A DNA stretch of 64,000 nucleotides from Bacteroidota bacterium (GTDB taxonomy: Bacteria > Bacteroidota > Ignavibacteria > Ignavibacteriales > Ignavibacteriaceae), in contig JAIUOE010000014.1 in NCBI GenBank assembly GCA_020161395.1, forward strand, positions 18,746 to 82,745, given 5' to 3'. Numbering within the stretch: position 1 is the first letter of the stretch; each line of letters opens with the position of its first letter. Positions 1 through 9,836 of this stretch are shown here, one piece after another. Made by a program: the position numbers and the translations under genes. The notes below the pieces were generated by a model, which saw only the letters and a program-made list of their open reading frames with translations, did no database searches and was not told the DNA's origin.

Positions 1-231
1 AACCGTATCGACCTGATGTTGTTGGATTTGAACATGCCTGAAAAGGATGGCTACTTTGTGCTCGAAGAGATGGAAAAGAAAGGGATCGTTCTGAAAGTTA
101 TTGTACTTACTGCTTATGCAGATCTTACTTCTGCGATCAGGTCAGCAAAACTCGGTGCAAGCGATTTCATCACAAAACCTTATGATCTCGATGAATTGCT
201 CGTCTCAATTAGAAAAGTGCTGTATATGTAA
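1..231 (+). CDS. response regulator receiver domain protein, C-terminal part (5' end outside window)
   Basis: Frame 1 is open from nt 1 (NRIDLMLLDLNMPEKDG...VIVLTAY...ITKPYDLDEL). The DxNMP..DG, LTA and K-P blocks are CheY-like receiver signatures. Stop codon at 229-231. Confidence 0.8.
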   Translation, partial: NRIDLMLLDLNMPEKDGYFVLEEMEKKGIVLKVIVLTAYADLTSAIRSAKLGASDFITKPYDLDELLVSIRKVLYM

Positions 232-236
232 TCCTG

Positions 237-1361
237 TCAGGCAAGAGTCTCTATCAGCGCAATGAGTGTTTCCAGCTCATATGGTTTCTGAAGTGTAGCG
301 TCAACCCTTATCTCCTCATTCAATATTATCGACTTAACACCTACCGATCCGGTCGAAAGAATAATTTTTATCTCTTCATTAAAGTTTCTGATAATCTTTA
401 TTGCGTCAAGCCCTGTCATCTTCTCCATCCTGAAATCGATTATTAAAATATCAAATGTATTATCCAGATGCAATATGTCTATGGCAGCTTCAGCAGAGTT
501 TACAGTCGTCACTGAATACCCCGAGCCGGTGAGCAAATCTTCGAGAATTGAAACAAGGAGTGATTCGTCATCCGCTATCAGGACATTTACCTTGTCGCCT
601 GTTCTTTTCCTTCGTTTCTCAAACCATGCAGGAAGTAAAATTTCAAATCTGGTTCCCTCACCCCTAAGACTCTCGAATTCAAGTTTCCCGCCGTGAGCCT
701 GGACTATGCTTTTTACAGTGTAAAGTCCGATACCGCTCATTCTGTTTTTGTTCTTTGTCGAGAAGTATGGCTCAAATATCCTTTCGAAATTTTCCGGATC
801 AATCCCCTCTCCGTCATCCTGTACCACAATTGAAACTGCCGGAATGGAATTACCATCTGTATCGTTTAACCGTTCCGAATCGAAATGGTTTTCCGCTTTT
901 ATCCGCACTTCACCCTGCCCCTGTATCGATTCAATGGCGTTAATAAGAATGTTGGAAATTACCTGATACAATTCTGTGGAATTGCCTCTTAAATCAGCAA
1001 GAGCAACCGGCAGTTCTGTTTTTAACTTTATCTCGGGCGATACGGTGTGTATTACAGATGACACTACTTCATTTATTAAGAGTCTGGTGTTTATTTTTCT
1101 GTCGCGTGATTTTAACGACGGATCTGTTGAAAGTACATCCGCAGTTATATCTGTGGCTCTACGGGAACAATGTTCGATATTTTCGATATAACCCATCGCC
1201 TCTTTATTGGAGGAAATACACCTTTTAAGGAGTTCCAAATTTGAGAATATACTGCTGAACAGATTATTTATATCATGAGCTGCCATTCTGTTCGGCTGAA
1301 TTTCTTCAGGCGCCGGGTTTCGATCTTTTTCCGGATTGTTGTTCATTTTATCAGGATTCAC
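237..1361 (-). CDS. hybrid sensor histidine kinase / response regulator with no recognisable input domain
   Basis: H-box MAAHDINNLFSSI lies almost at the N-terminus. N-box NILINAIES, G1 DDGEGI and G2 GIGLYTV follow, then a C-terminal receiver (VLIADDE...ILIIDFRMEKMTG...QKP). Confidence 0.85.
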   Translation of the reverse strand: MNPDKMNNNPEKDRNPAPEEIQPNRMAAHDINNLFSSIFSNLELLKRCISSNKEAMGYIENIEHCSRRATDITADVLSTDPSLKSRDRKINTRLLINEVVSSVIHTVSPEIKLKTELPVALADLRGNSTELYQVISNILINAIESIQGQGEVRIKAENHFDSERLNDTDGNSIPAVSIVVQDDGEGIDPENFERIFEPYFSTKNKNRMSGIGLYTVKSIVQAHGGKLEFESLRGEGTRFEILLPAWFEKRRKRTGDKVNVLIADDESLLVSILEDLLTGSGYSVTTVNSAEAAIDILHLDNTFDILIIDFRMEKMTGLDAIKIIRNFNEEIKIILSTGSVGVKSIILNEEIRVDATLQKPYELETLIALIETLA

Positions 1362-1397
1362 CGTTTTTTCTTATCAATATTCGAGAATTGAGTAATT

Positions 1398-2006
1398 TTG
1401 GGTATCACATTTTTGAAATTTATGGACCCTATAAATATACTTGTTCTTGTTGCCCTGATTTTTTTCACTACCGCCAACTGGTCCGGTTCTCAGAAGAGCT
1501 TTAAAGGAAAGGTCTCCGCAGTCTCAAGGAGAGCCTCCGGCTGGGTTCAAACTGTTCCCCCTAATGTTCTCGGAATTTCTGCCCTGTTACAATATCTTGG
1601 GGTCTTCCCCATTTTGAATATTGGTTTCTTTGGCTTGGAGCCAGACTCTTCTGTTCGAATAGTATGTCTTGCTCTGTTCATCCTCTTTTCGGTCACTCAT
1701 TTACTCAGCTTTAAATCGCTGGGAAATAATTACTCGATCGAAATTCTACTCTACAAGGAGCATAAACTCGTGACGACCGGACTTTATGGAATAGTCAGAC
1801 ATCCTCAGTATCTAAGTCAGTTGCTTGCTGATCTTTCTGTTGGAGTGGCTCTGCTGTCAATGCCGGTAGTACTTGTCACACTGCTGCTGTCAATACCCAT
1901 GCTGATAATAAGAGCAAAGAAAGAAGATGAAATGTTACTTTCCCATTTCAAGGATCAGTTCGTAACATATCAAAAGAAGACCGGCTTTTTTATACCGTTT
2001 TTATGA
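1398..2006 (+). CDS. isoprenylcysteine carboxyl methyltransferase (ICMT) / phospholipid methyltransferase family membrane protein
   Basis: Multi-TM protein with the family motif LVTTGLYGIVRHPQYLSQLL. The track start at 1398 is TTG. The first ATG is at 1422 (MDPINILV), so the start is uncertain. Confidence 0.7.
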   Translation: MGITFLKFMDPINILVLVALIFFTTANWSGSQKSFKGKVSAVSRRASGWVQTVPPNVLGISALLQYLGVFPILNIGFFGLEPDSSVRIVCLALFILFSVTHLLSFKSLGNNYSIEILLYKEHKLVTTGLYGIVRHPQYLSQLLADLSVGVALLSMPVVLVTLLLSIPMLIIRAKKEDEMLLSHFKDQFVTYQKKTGFFIPFL

Positions 2007-2009
2007 TAC

Positions 2010-3413
2010 CTACCGGACAACGCCCGAAAAAACCAGTGATGACTTCCCGTTCAATCCGTTTGATTTAATTGTAACTGTCAAAGGATTAACCGCAGCAGTA
2101 TCCACAAGATCACGAATGGTAAATGAGAATGAAGTCCATGACCTGCTTTGGGTATCAGGTAGAGTGATATCTTTATCTCCTGAGAGCTCATAGTCTTTCC
2201 CCTCTACTGTAACCGAGATCGCTGTCCCCTCCACAAGCGGATTACTGTTTTGATCCATAACAGTATAAATAAACTGTTGAGAACCTCTGTTGGGTATGTC
2301 AAAACTGGTTGGAGAACATGAAATGAATGCAATTCCTGAGAATAAAACTATCGTGGATCTGTTTATTACAGAAAATGTTTCGTCTGTCGTGGATGCTGTG
2401 ATTTGCGCGAAACCGGGTCCAAGTGTGGGATGGTTGGGAAGCGGATTGGCTGAATAAAGCCGGACTGAGGCTACTCCCAGAGCATTTGTCAGAGCCGAAC
2501 CTTCAATTATGCCGCCATCGGTCTTAAAATAGACAGAAGTTCCGGGTCTGACAGGATTCGAGTATTTGTCACCTACATAAGCAGTAATAACATCCTCGAC
2601 TCCATAGATATTGAATCCGGGGATATTTAACTTTGCGGGTACACAACTGAAATGATTCAGGTCAGGCAAGCCTCCATGAATGGATACGGCGACCGGATTT
2701 GAATTAATAACCTTTCCGTCCGAATTGATGGTCGCAGAAATCTGAACCACACCGGCTTTTGTTCCGGAGGTCAGAACAACCTTTACACTTCCGCCGGCAT
2801 CTGTCCTTGCTGTCGGGGGATTCAGAACCGCACCCGAACCGGGTGATGCTGCAAGAACAAATCCTACATTCACAGCATTATCGAGATCAAGGGGAATACC
2901 GAGTGAATCAACAACTTGAAATACCAGTTGCACAGATTCAACCCCGCCGGCACCTTTGATACCAATGCTGGGCACCGATGTACCAAGAAGATAGATTGAG
3001 GATGGCTTTCTCACACCCGTTCCCCCGCCGGTTGCAGTCGATTTAAGAAGAAGTTTGCTCGCTGTCAGCGTTCTTCCGGCTACTGCGTAAACATTTGTAG
3101 TGTCGGGTGTATAACCCTCTTTTTGGGCGATGACCTTAAGATCGATTCCCCCCTTCACAGTAAATTCAAAAGTGTACTTTCCATTATCATCAGTTACTGC
3201 ACTCTTCGATATGGTTGAGTCGGAGATTTTTCCGTACAGTTTTATTGCTGCATTTGTGATAGCCGCTCCGGTGGAAAAATCTATCACTTCTCCGTTTATG
3301 ATAACCGTACCTGATTCATCTCCTGTTACAGGATTGGAAGCGGTATCGGTCTTTTTACAACCGTTATATATCAATAAAGTGATCACAAAAAGAATAAGAA
3401 CTGACTTTTTCAT
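2010..3413 (-). CDS. secreted lipoprotein with carboxypeptidase-regulatory-like and bacterial Ig-like domains
   Basis: Lipoprotein signal MKKSVLILFVITLLIYNGC. CarboxypepD_reg-like segment VIINGEVID..TDDNGKYTFEF. Ig-like/Big_1-like segment VQLVFQVVDSLGIPL...GGSVKVVLTSGTKAGVVQISATI. Confidence 0.55.
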   Translation of the reverse strand: MKKSVLILFVITLLIYNGCKKTDTASNPVTGDESGTVIINGEVIDFSTGAAITNAAIKLYGKISDSTISKSAVTDDNGKYTFEFTVKGGIDLKVIAQKEGYTPDTTNVYAVAGRTLTASKLLLKSTATGGGTGVRKPSSIYLLGTSVPSIGIKGAGGVESVQLVFQVVDSLGIPLDLDNAVNVGFVLAASPGSGAVLNPPTARTDAGGSVKVVLTSGTKAGVVQISATINSDGKVINSNPVAVSIHGGLPDLNHFSCVPAKLNIPGFNIYGVEDVITAYVGDKYSNPVRPGTSVYFKTDGGIIEGSALTNALGVASVRLYSANPLPNHPTLGPGFAQITASTTDETFSVINRSTIVLFSGIAFISCSPTSFDIPNRGSQQFIYTVMDQNSNPLVEGTAISVTVEGKDYELSGDKDITLPDTQSRSWTSFSFTIRDLVDTAAVNPLTVTIKSNGLNGKSSLVFSGVVR

Positions 3414-3491
3414 GGCAACAGATGGAATTATTAATTAAACACTTCTTAATTACTAATTTACAACGAATTTATAAATCTTTGGTAACCAATA

Positions 3492-5849
3492 TCACAATTT
3501 TTTGATTAATCTTAGAACTTTATCATTATTGCCATACATCGTGGCTCCGTCGATAAATTTCCCCTCCAAAAAATTCAGGTAAGTCACTACACTCATCTTG
3601 TCGGCAAAATTACCTGAATTACCAAGATAAGGCACGAAAATCAATCTACCCTCCGAAGGTCTCGCAAAAAATCTGTAGAGAGTCCCCGACTCCCTGACAT
3701 TACGACCTGATTTCAGCTCCGTAAAGGGATTATAATTCACCCGGAATCTCGTATCGGTATAACCGCTGATCCCAGCCGGCTCTATTGCAATCGCATTGTT
3801 TATCCCTCCCAGAAAGTTCGTCACGATGTGTGAGGGCCGGATTGTATTGTACCTTCCCCATAACCACATCACAAGATTTTCATCATATTTTCTGCGTATC
3901 TCTTCCAGGGCACTTCTAAAACTTCGTCTTATAATTTCATCCCTTGACTCAAGTTCCCGGGTGTTTATGTTATCAAAAACAGGAGAATAATTTTCCTCCA
4001 GAAGCTTGTTCAGTCTGGCAAAAGGAAGACCTCCCCAGCCAAAGAGAAATTCAAAATCAGTCTTGTCAAGATCATCACCAAATGTATTGACAGTGAAAAA
4101 CTTCATAAATGTTGCGATGATCAAAGGAGCCTGCAGTGAAGACTGATATTCACCACTCCATCTCGAAAGCACTTTCAATGATTGATTCAGGATGGTATCC
4201 TTCTTCTCTTCATTGTTGAAGGCATTTAGAATAAACGGTACCAGTTTTAGCGAAAAATCAGATGTAACATCATTCAGAAAATAGGAATTGAGTTCCTTCC
4301 CGTCCGGTTTCGCAAGGTAGAATCTGTTCCTGCTGTCGGAAGGAAGATCAAAAAACTCACTTTCTGCCGGCTTTACAAAGTCTGTTATTGTCAGGCTTTC
4401 ACTGTCGGATGATTCAGGCTGATCATCGGTTTCCACAGGTTTTGGCTTCTGAGTTTCCTTTTTTCTGGGAGTTCTCTTTCCTTTCGGCGCGGGAGAGTCC
4501 TGATTCTCTTTTACAACTGCCCTTGCCGCAATTCTGACTGCCGGTTTGTCACCTGTTTTCACAAAAATGTCTGTATTCGCCTGGAGAGAAAAATACTTTG
4601 AAGAAACCGGCTCACTCCACAACTTCAATCCTGTTGTAAGGAAATCTGCAGCATCAAATCCGGAATGATTAATCGCGATGGCTGAAAAAAGATTTAACAC
4701 TTCGGTGGAGTCATTGTTGTAGAATTCCTTTTTTTCCGGAAGTGAGATAATCGCACCAGCGCCTGGAGCAGTTTTCGTCTCCAAAATCAAGGGCTCCCGG
4801 TTCTTTATCAGAATCGTATCTTTTTTAATCTTTATTTCCCCTCTTTTTTTATTTTCAACATACATCCCGCCTTTATCATCGAGGAAGATGAGGTTTTTCA
4901 CCGGATTATATTTCGAAACGGAGTTCAGCACCCAAAATTCATTTTTTTTCATCCCCAGGTAGAGAACAGGGACACCGGGGATTGTTACTCCGCTGCCTGA
5001 AATACCCTCACTTTCGTAAAATACCTGATAGTACTTTCCGGGGAAAGTATATCTGCCGTTAAGAGTCGCAAAGACTCCATCATATCCCTGAATTTCGCTA
5101 ACCGTCAGGCTGTTATCCGCTCTCAAACCGGTAAGTTCACGAATATCTATTTCCCGTTTTAAAAGCTCTTCTTCATCTTTTGACCACGCTTCTTTTGATA
5201 TTGAATCTGTATCAGTTCCAAAAACCGCCGCAGCTTTTGCGAATTCTATCTTTCCCCTGACCATTCCTACAATTCTCTTTGAAAAATATTTACTCTCATC
5301 AGAGAAATTGTTGAGGAGAGTAAGAAGAACAATATCTTCAGGCGACCATCTGTGCGGAGCTATACCCAAAGCAGAGAACTCACTTTGTATTACAGGATTT
5401 TCGGAGTTGAGATACCCGTTAATTCCATCCGAATAAGCCTTAACCAAAACCTTCGCTTCACTGTCAAGTTCTTCGAAAAATGTTCTTGCCTTTGACGACA
5501 AATCAAGTTGTCTGAAAAACTTATCCGTTTCAACCGTTTTCTCACCGAGATATTCAGAAAGTCCCCCGCTGGCGATAAGTCTGTGATATTCCATTTCCAG
5601 CAACCTGTCTCGTGCATGGAGGTATCCGAGAGCAAACAAAAGGTCCTTTCGACTCTTGCTCTTAACAAGGGGAATGCCGTAATCATTTGTTCGTATCTCC
5701 ACATTATCAGCGAGTCCTTTAATTTCAATCTCACCTTCATATTTTGGAACGGATGTTCCGATGATAGACTTAAAAAAGAAGTATATAACTACAGAGAGTA
5801 TCAGGAGTGTAAGTGCCGGAGCAACAAAATATTTAAGGAGTTTTTCCAT
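3492..5849 (-). CDS. penicillin acylase (Ntn-hydrolase) family protein with internal low-complexity insertion
   Basis: N-terminal TM/signal, then the family block LFALGYLHARDRLLEMEYHR and alignable downstream blocks (LNGRYTFPG, TIPGVPVLYLG). A K/E/P/S-rich stretch spans about aa 447-486. Confidence 0.7.
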   Translation of the reverse strand: MEKLLKYFVAPALTLLILSVVIYFFFKSIIGTSVPKYEGEIEIKGLADNVEIRTNDYGIPLVKSKSRKDLLFALGYLHARDRLLEMEYHRLIASGGLSEYLGEKTVETDKFFRQLDLSSKARTFFEELDSEAKVLVKAYSDGINGYLNSENPVIQSEFSALGIAPHRWSPEDIVLLTLLNNFSDESKYFSKRIVGMVRGKIEFAKAAAVFGTDTDSISKEAWSKDEEELLKREIDIRELTGLRADNSLTVSEIQGYDGVFATLNGRYTFPGKYYQVFYESEGISGSGVTIPGVPVLYLGMKKNEFWVLNSVSKYNPVKNLIFLDDKGGMYVENKKRGEIKIKKDTILIKNREPLILETKTAPGAGAIISLPEKKEFYNNDSTEVLNLFSAIAINHSGFDAADFLTTGLKLWSEPVSSKYFSLQANTDIFVKTGDKPAVRIAARAVVKENQDSPAPKGKRTPRKKETQKPKPVETDDQPESSDSESLTITDFVKPAESEFFDLPSDSRNRFYLAKPDGKELNSYFLNDVTSDFSLKLVPFILNAFNNEEKKDTILNQSLKVLSRWSGEYQSSLQAPLIIATFMKFFTVNTFGDDLDKTDFEFLFGWGGLPFARLNKLLEENYSPVFDNINTRELESRDEIIRRSFRSALEEIRRKYDENLVMWLWGRYNTIRPSHIVTNFLGGINNAIAIEPAGISGYTDTRFRVNYNPFTELKSGRNVRESGTLYRFFARPSEGRLIFVPYLGNSGNFADKMSVVTYLNFLEGKFIDGATMYGNNDKVLRLIKKL

Positions 5850-5853
5850 TATC

Positions 5854-7602
5854 TCAAAATTGATTAATTATACCGAAATGAAGTTTACCGTCACTAAAAC
5901 CTTCACCAGCAGCCAAAGCATAACTGACGCTTAGCAATCCAATGCCGGTTTCAAAACTCAAACCAAATCCATAGCCTGTCTTAAATGAACTTGATTCTTC
6001 TATTTTCTTCTCCGCATCACCTTTCAGCAGATAATATCCCGCATCAAAAAAAACAAAAAGATATGATCTGCTCGAGGTGAGGAATCTGTATTCAAGATTT
6101 GACCAGGCAATTCTGTTTCCCCGAAACTGCTCTTCACGGTAACCTCTGAGTGACGAATTCCCGCCAAGCCGGAAAAGATCGCTCTCCTCAATCAGATCAC
6201 CCTGAACTTCTCTCACGCTTACACCAATCGCGGCAATATTTCGATTGAACAATTCAAAATATGCGTCAAAATCAAACACTATCTTTCTCAAATTCACCTG
6301 CAGTACCTGCCCGGGAGTAATGAATTCCTTTGGTCCCTGAATCTTTTTGTTTGAAAGTGAAAACCAGGAAAAGAAGTTTATACCGTTCACCGGAGAAATC
6401 GGATCATCCCGTGTATCATATTTTATACCCGCACCACCGGTCAGTATAGACGAATTATAAACCGTGAAAACAGGGGTTGCGAAGAGTGTGGGGATTATCG
6501 ACTGGGTTGCAAAAGAAAATGATATCGAGAAGTTACTGCCGGTATAATAGTCCGCCGTCAACTCCAGTATTCTGTCCACATAAAGAGTATCCTGCTGCCT
6601 CTGATAAAGTCTCGGTGAGATATTCAGGGGTAAGCCAAGAAACCACGGTTCCAGATAGCGGAGATCGAGCTCCTGGGAATTCCTGTTCAACTGTTGCCAT
6701 TTGAAACTGAAGTTTCTCCCTGTACCGAAAAGATTTCTCATATTGATGTTTACAAGACCTGTCAGATACCCCGATTCCTCGTTTTGTCCCGGGGGCAGAT
6801 AACCGATAACACCGTCAAAGTTGTTGGTGTTTGCTTCCTTTATGGTAATCCGAAGTACCCCTTCCTGTCGCTCGTTGAAATAAAATTCAGGTTGAGTCAC
6901 AGGTTCGAAAAATCTTAAACGGTTAAGCTTTGCCGCAATAATTTTATTGTTTTCAGGCAGGTATATGTCCCCTGCCCTGATGTTCAACTCGCGTAGGATT
7001 ACGGCAGGAGAAGTCGAACTGTTACCCGAAATCTCAATCTTGTCGATAATCGCTTTTTTATTCGTTGAAATCGTCAAATTGACATCTGAATAAAGGGAAG
7101 TGGAGTCCTCTGATTTATAAATTGTTACAGAGTTCACTTTGATTTGAGCAAAAGGATACCCTTTTTTCTCGAGGTTTTGTAGAATTTCCGCAAAAACCAG
7201 CTCGAGTTCCTGCTCGTCGTAGAAATTTCCCTCAATAAATTCGAGACTCCTCACACCCTCCACCAAAGAGTCAGTGCCGGAATTTAAAAAATTTATCTTT
7301 TTTATTGTGGCTCGTTGTCCGGCGTCGATCATAACTACAAGCCGTGATGAGAGTGAGTCAACAGGTTCAATCCTGGCGTCAATGGTGTGCGAAAGATATC
7401 CGATGGCATTCAGTTTACGGGAAATTCTCGCCAGAACTGTGTCAGATTCAAAAACGAGAGCTTTTACAGGAAATGAAATTCCAACGGCGGCGGTAATTTC
7501 TTTTTCACTGATTGGGGGGGCAGGCCGGTATTCAATGGAGGTAATATTCTGTCCGAAAAGAGGTATATGAACAACAATCAGAACAAGCTTAAACCATCTC
7601 AT
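5854..7602 (-). CDS. Omp85/BamA-family outer membrane protein (POTRA repeats plus surface-antigen beta-barrel)
   Basis: Signal peptide, POTRA-like repeats (IKKINFLNSG.., IDKIEISGN..), the barrel motif NLFGTGRNFSFKWQ, and an aromatic C-terminus ending in F (GIINQF). Confidence 0.75.
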   Translation of the reverse strand: MRWFKLVLIVVHIPLFGQNITSIEYRPAPPISEKEITAAVGISFPVKALVFESDTVLARISRKLNAIGYLSHTIDARIEPVDSLSSRLVVMIDAGQRATIKKINFLNSGTDSLVEGVRSLEFIEGNFYDEQELELVFAEILQNLEKKGYPFAQIKVNSVTIYKSEDSTSLYSDVNLTISTNKKAIIDKIEISGNSSTSPAVILRELNIRAGDIYLPENNKIIAAKLNRLRFFEPVTQPEFYFNERQEGVLRITIKEANTNNFDGVIGYLPPGQNEESGYLTGLVNINMRNLFGTGRNFSFKWQQLNRNSQELDLRYLEPWFLGLPLNISPRLYQRQQDTLYVDRILELTADYYTGSNFSISFSFATQSIIPTLFATPVFTVYNSSILTGGAGIKYDTRDDPISPVNGINFFSWFSLSNKKIQGPKEFITPGQVLQVNLRKIVFDFDAYFELFNRNIAAIGVSVREVQGDLIEESDLFRLGGNSSLRGYREEQFRGNRIAWSNLEYRFLTSSRSYLFVFFDAGYYLLKGDAEKKIEESSSFKTGYGFGLSFETGIGLLSVSYALAAGEGFSDGKLHFGIINQF

Positions 7603-8551
7603 TCATCAGATTCATTTTTTTGCCAACAGGTTCAACAATGATTTCATTAAATTTGGATTTGATGATGTCCGGCTCCACTTCGCATACACTTATCATTGAG
7701 GCATTCGCTGCACCCGAAGCAGTGGCGTATTTAATGATGTCAGTCAAAATTTCATCATGCGACAGTCCGTAAACGAATCCCGCAACAAAGGCATCTCCCG
7801 ACCCGGTCTCGTCAAGTTTGTCTACTGCCGGAGGTGTAACTTTATAGTTGAAACCGAACGAATTAACATAGAGAGGATTTGATCCGTCAGTGATAATGGA
7901 TATTTTCACTCCCTTAGCTGCAAATATCTTCAAGGCATCAAGAATTTCCTGTTCTGTCTCGAGTGTCTCACCTGTATATTCCGACGCCTCTTTCCTGTTA
8001 AGGTGTAAAACAGTTGGATTTTTCTCAATTGCAAGGTGAAGTGATTTTCCGTAGGTGTCAAGGATGGAAGTCTTGTCATATTTACCGGCGATTTCCAGTC
8101 CATATGCAAAAATGTCATCGCAATGTGGAGAAGGACTGCTGCCGGAGAAAACAACATATTCACAATTTTGAATCATTTTCTCAAGTCTGGACTTAAAACC
8201 TTCAACTTCAGAATCGGAGACAATGGAGTTTTCACCAAAAAAGTGGGTAACCGATCTCTTTCCTTCGTCAATAATTACACTTCCGTATCTGGTCTCTGAC
8301 GCGGTATTCACAGCCGTAAATGCTATCTCCTCAGCCGTAAGCGCGGAGCGAAGACGCCTGCCGTGATCGCCTCCAAGAAAGGTTAATGCAAGGTTTTTTA
8401 TCCCGAGTTTATTTAATTGTCGACTGACATTAATCCCTTTGCCGCCGGCATAATAACCAAGGCGACCATTTCGGTTTGTGCCGCTTTCAACTGTCTCGCC
8501 ATAGTATAACCTGTGTTCAATAATTGGATTAAGTGTTACGGTCAGAACCAA
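7589..8551 (-). CDS. 1-phosphofructokinase / tagatose-6-phosphate kinase family (PfkB) sugar kinase
   Basis: N-terminus MVLTVTLNPIIEH is typical of FruK/LacC. GGKGINVS motif and C-terminal PfkB signature DETGSGDAFVAGFVYGL. Confidence 0.8.
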   Translation of the reverse strand: MVLTVTLNPIIEHRLYYGETVESGTNRNGRLGYYAGGKGINVSRQLNKLGIKNLALTFLGGDHGRRLRSALTAEEIAFTAVNTASETRYGSVIIDEGKRSVTHFFGENSIVSDSEVEGFKSRLEKMIQNCEYVVFSGSSPSPHCDDIFAYGLEIAGKYDKTSILDTYGKSLHLAIEKNPTVLHLNRKEASEYTGETLETEQEILDALKIFAAKGVKISIITDGSNPLYVNSFGFNYKVTPPAVDKLDETGSGDAFVAGFVYGLSHDEILTDIIKYATASGAANASMISVCEVEPDIIKSKFNEIIVEPVGKKMNLMNEMV

Positions 8552-8560
8552 TTTATTCTC

Positions 8561-9835
8561 CTAATATCTGTATCTGTACTCGCCAAAAAACGGAGTCACA
8601 AGTCTGTAATCTCCAAAACCGGTTTGATCCACAAAAATAAACCGTCTGTTGATATCGTAGTAATCCCAAATTTCGTACGGCTTACTGTCGTATTCAAACG
8701 GATGCCTTTCGATGTTGTTAGGAGTACCGAGGGTTATGTAAACCATCCCCATATCGCTTCTCCATCCTTCAAGCATCTGTTTAAAGTTTTTGTTTGCAAA
8801 TTCAATTCTTCTGTAATATTCGTTGAAAACTTCGTTCTCGGGTGTGCCCTGTGTAGGGTCCTTCTTCTCCCAGAATTCCATGAACCTTGCAAGTTTTTCT
8901 GTAAAATCCTTCCCGTCCTGGATATAATTGATCTCGGAGGGCCCTGCAATATATATCATCTGATCAGCAGCCTTTTCCAGGTCTTTCAGAGTGGATGGCA
9001 TACCCGACCACTTCGAAAAGAATGTTTTTGTACTGCCAATGATAGTTTTATCATCAACAAATGGCGCACTGATCACCATTTTATATTCACCCATGCCGGC
9101 ATCTTTAAAATTGAAAGTATAAAAAAGTTGATTGTTTCCTGCCTTAAAGGATTCAACTTTTTTCTCGTTATAAATCGGATTTCCTTTCAAATCGAGGATG
9201 GCGTAGGTTACTTCAACCTGTCTTTCAGTAGCTGAATATACTTCATAAAATACGGGAATCCCGTCTTTTTGAGTGGCAACATTTCTTGATAGATTGGGAA
9301 TAATCTTCGTTGTCCCCGATGCACTGGTGGTTTTGCCTGAGATGAGCATTATGTCGCTTATCGCAAGTTCCTGCGTAAATGTTCTGACGGGAAACTCAAC
9401 TTCAGCCCTGTATTCTTTTCTCGAATCAAGGTCTTCCACCAGAATGGTGAAATAGTATTTCCCAGGAGGCAGTTTGAATGATCTGGCAGAAAGATTGTAG
9501 TCCGTTTTTGAATTGGTCTTCTGGAAATCGATTAACTCAATTTTTTCCGTCCACGATTTCTCCGTGATTAATGTCAACTTGTTTTCGTCATTAATTGTAA
9601 TGGAAATTGAGTATTCAGCTCTGAATTTTTCTCCCGATTTGATAAAACTTAGCCGGTCGAAAGGCACCTGCAAAAAGAAATCGACCCTTGTCTGCGTGGT
9701 GTCACCCGAATAGAAATTGTAAATATCAAAAAAGAATACAGGTTCTCTGCTGTAATCGTTCGGTTTTCCTGTTTCGGGTTGAGCCATGAGTGCCGCCTGA
9801 AACAGAAGCATGGTCAACAAGGCAACTTTTTTCAT
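8561..9835 (-). CDS. GWxTD domain-containing secreted protein
   Basis: Signal peptide MKKVALLTMLLFQAALMAQ. C-terminal block GWRSDMGMVYITLGTPNNIERHP...YEIWDY matches the GWxTD domain pattern. I chose the start at M9, adjacent to the rimO stop; the track ORF extends to 9859. Confidence 0.7.
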   Translation of the reverse strand: MKKVALLTMLLFQAALMAQPETGKPNDYSREPVFFFDIYNFYSGDTTQTRVDFFLQVPFDRLSFIKSGEKFRAEYSISITINDENKLTLITEKSWTEKIELIDFQKTNSKTDYNLSARSFKLPPGKYYFTILVEDLDSRKEYRAEVEFPVRTFTQELAISDIMLISGKTTSASGTTKIIPNLSRNVATQKDGIPVFYEVYSATERQVEVTYAILDLKGNPIYNEKKVESFKAGNNQLFYTFNFKDAGMGEYKMVISAPFVDDKTIIGSTKTFFSKWSGMPSTLKDLEKAADQMIYIAGPSEINYIQDGKDFTEKLARFMEFWEKKDPTQGTPENEVFNEYYRRIEFANKNFKQMLEGWRSDMGMVYITLGTPNNIERHPFEYDSKPYEIWDYYDINRRFIFVDQTGFGDYRLVTPFFGEYRYRY

Positions 9836-9836
9836 A

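Noticed and set aside
8513-9235. Long plus-strand ORFs antisense to well-supported minus-strand genes. Examples are 8513-9235, 22216-22677, 30256-30873, 35831-36193, 43759-44181, 45981-46466, 47634-48056 and 49151-49726.
   Set aside because: Each lies entirely within, or mostly overlaps, a gene with strong family motifs on the opposite strand. Their translations are low-complexity or Cys/His/Arg-rich shadow products with no recognisable motif. I treat them as non-coding.
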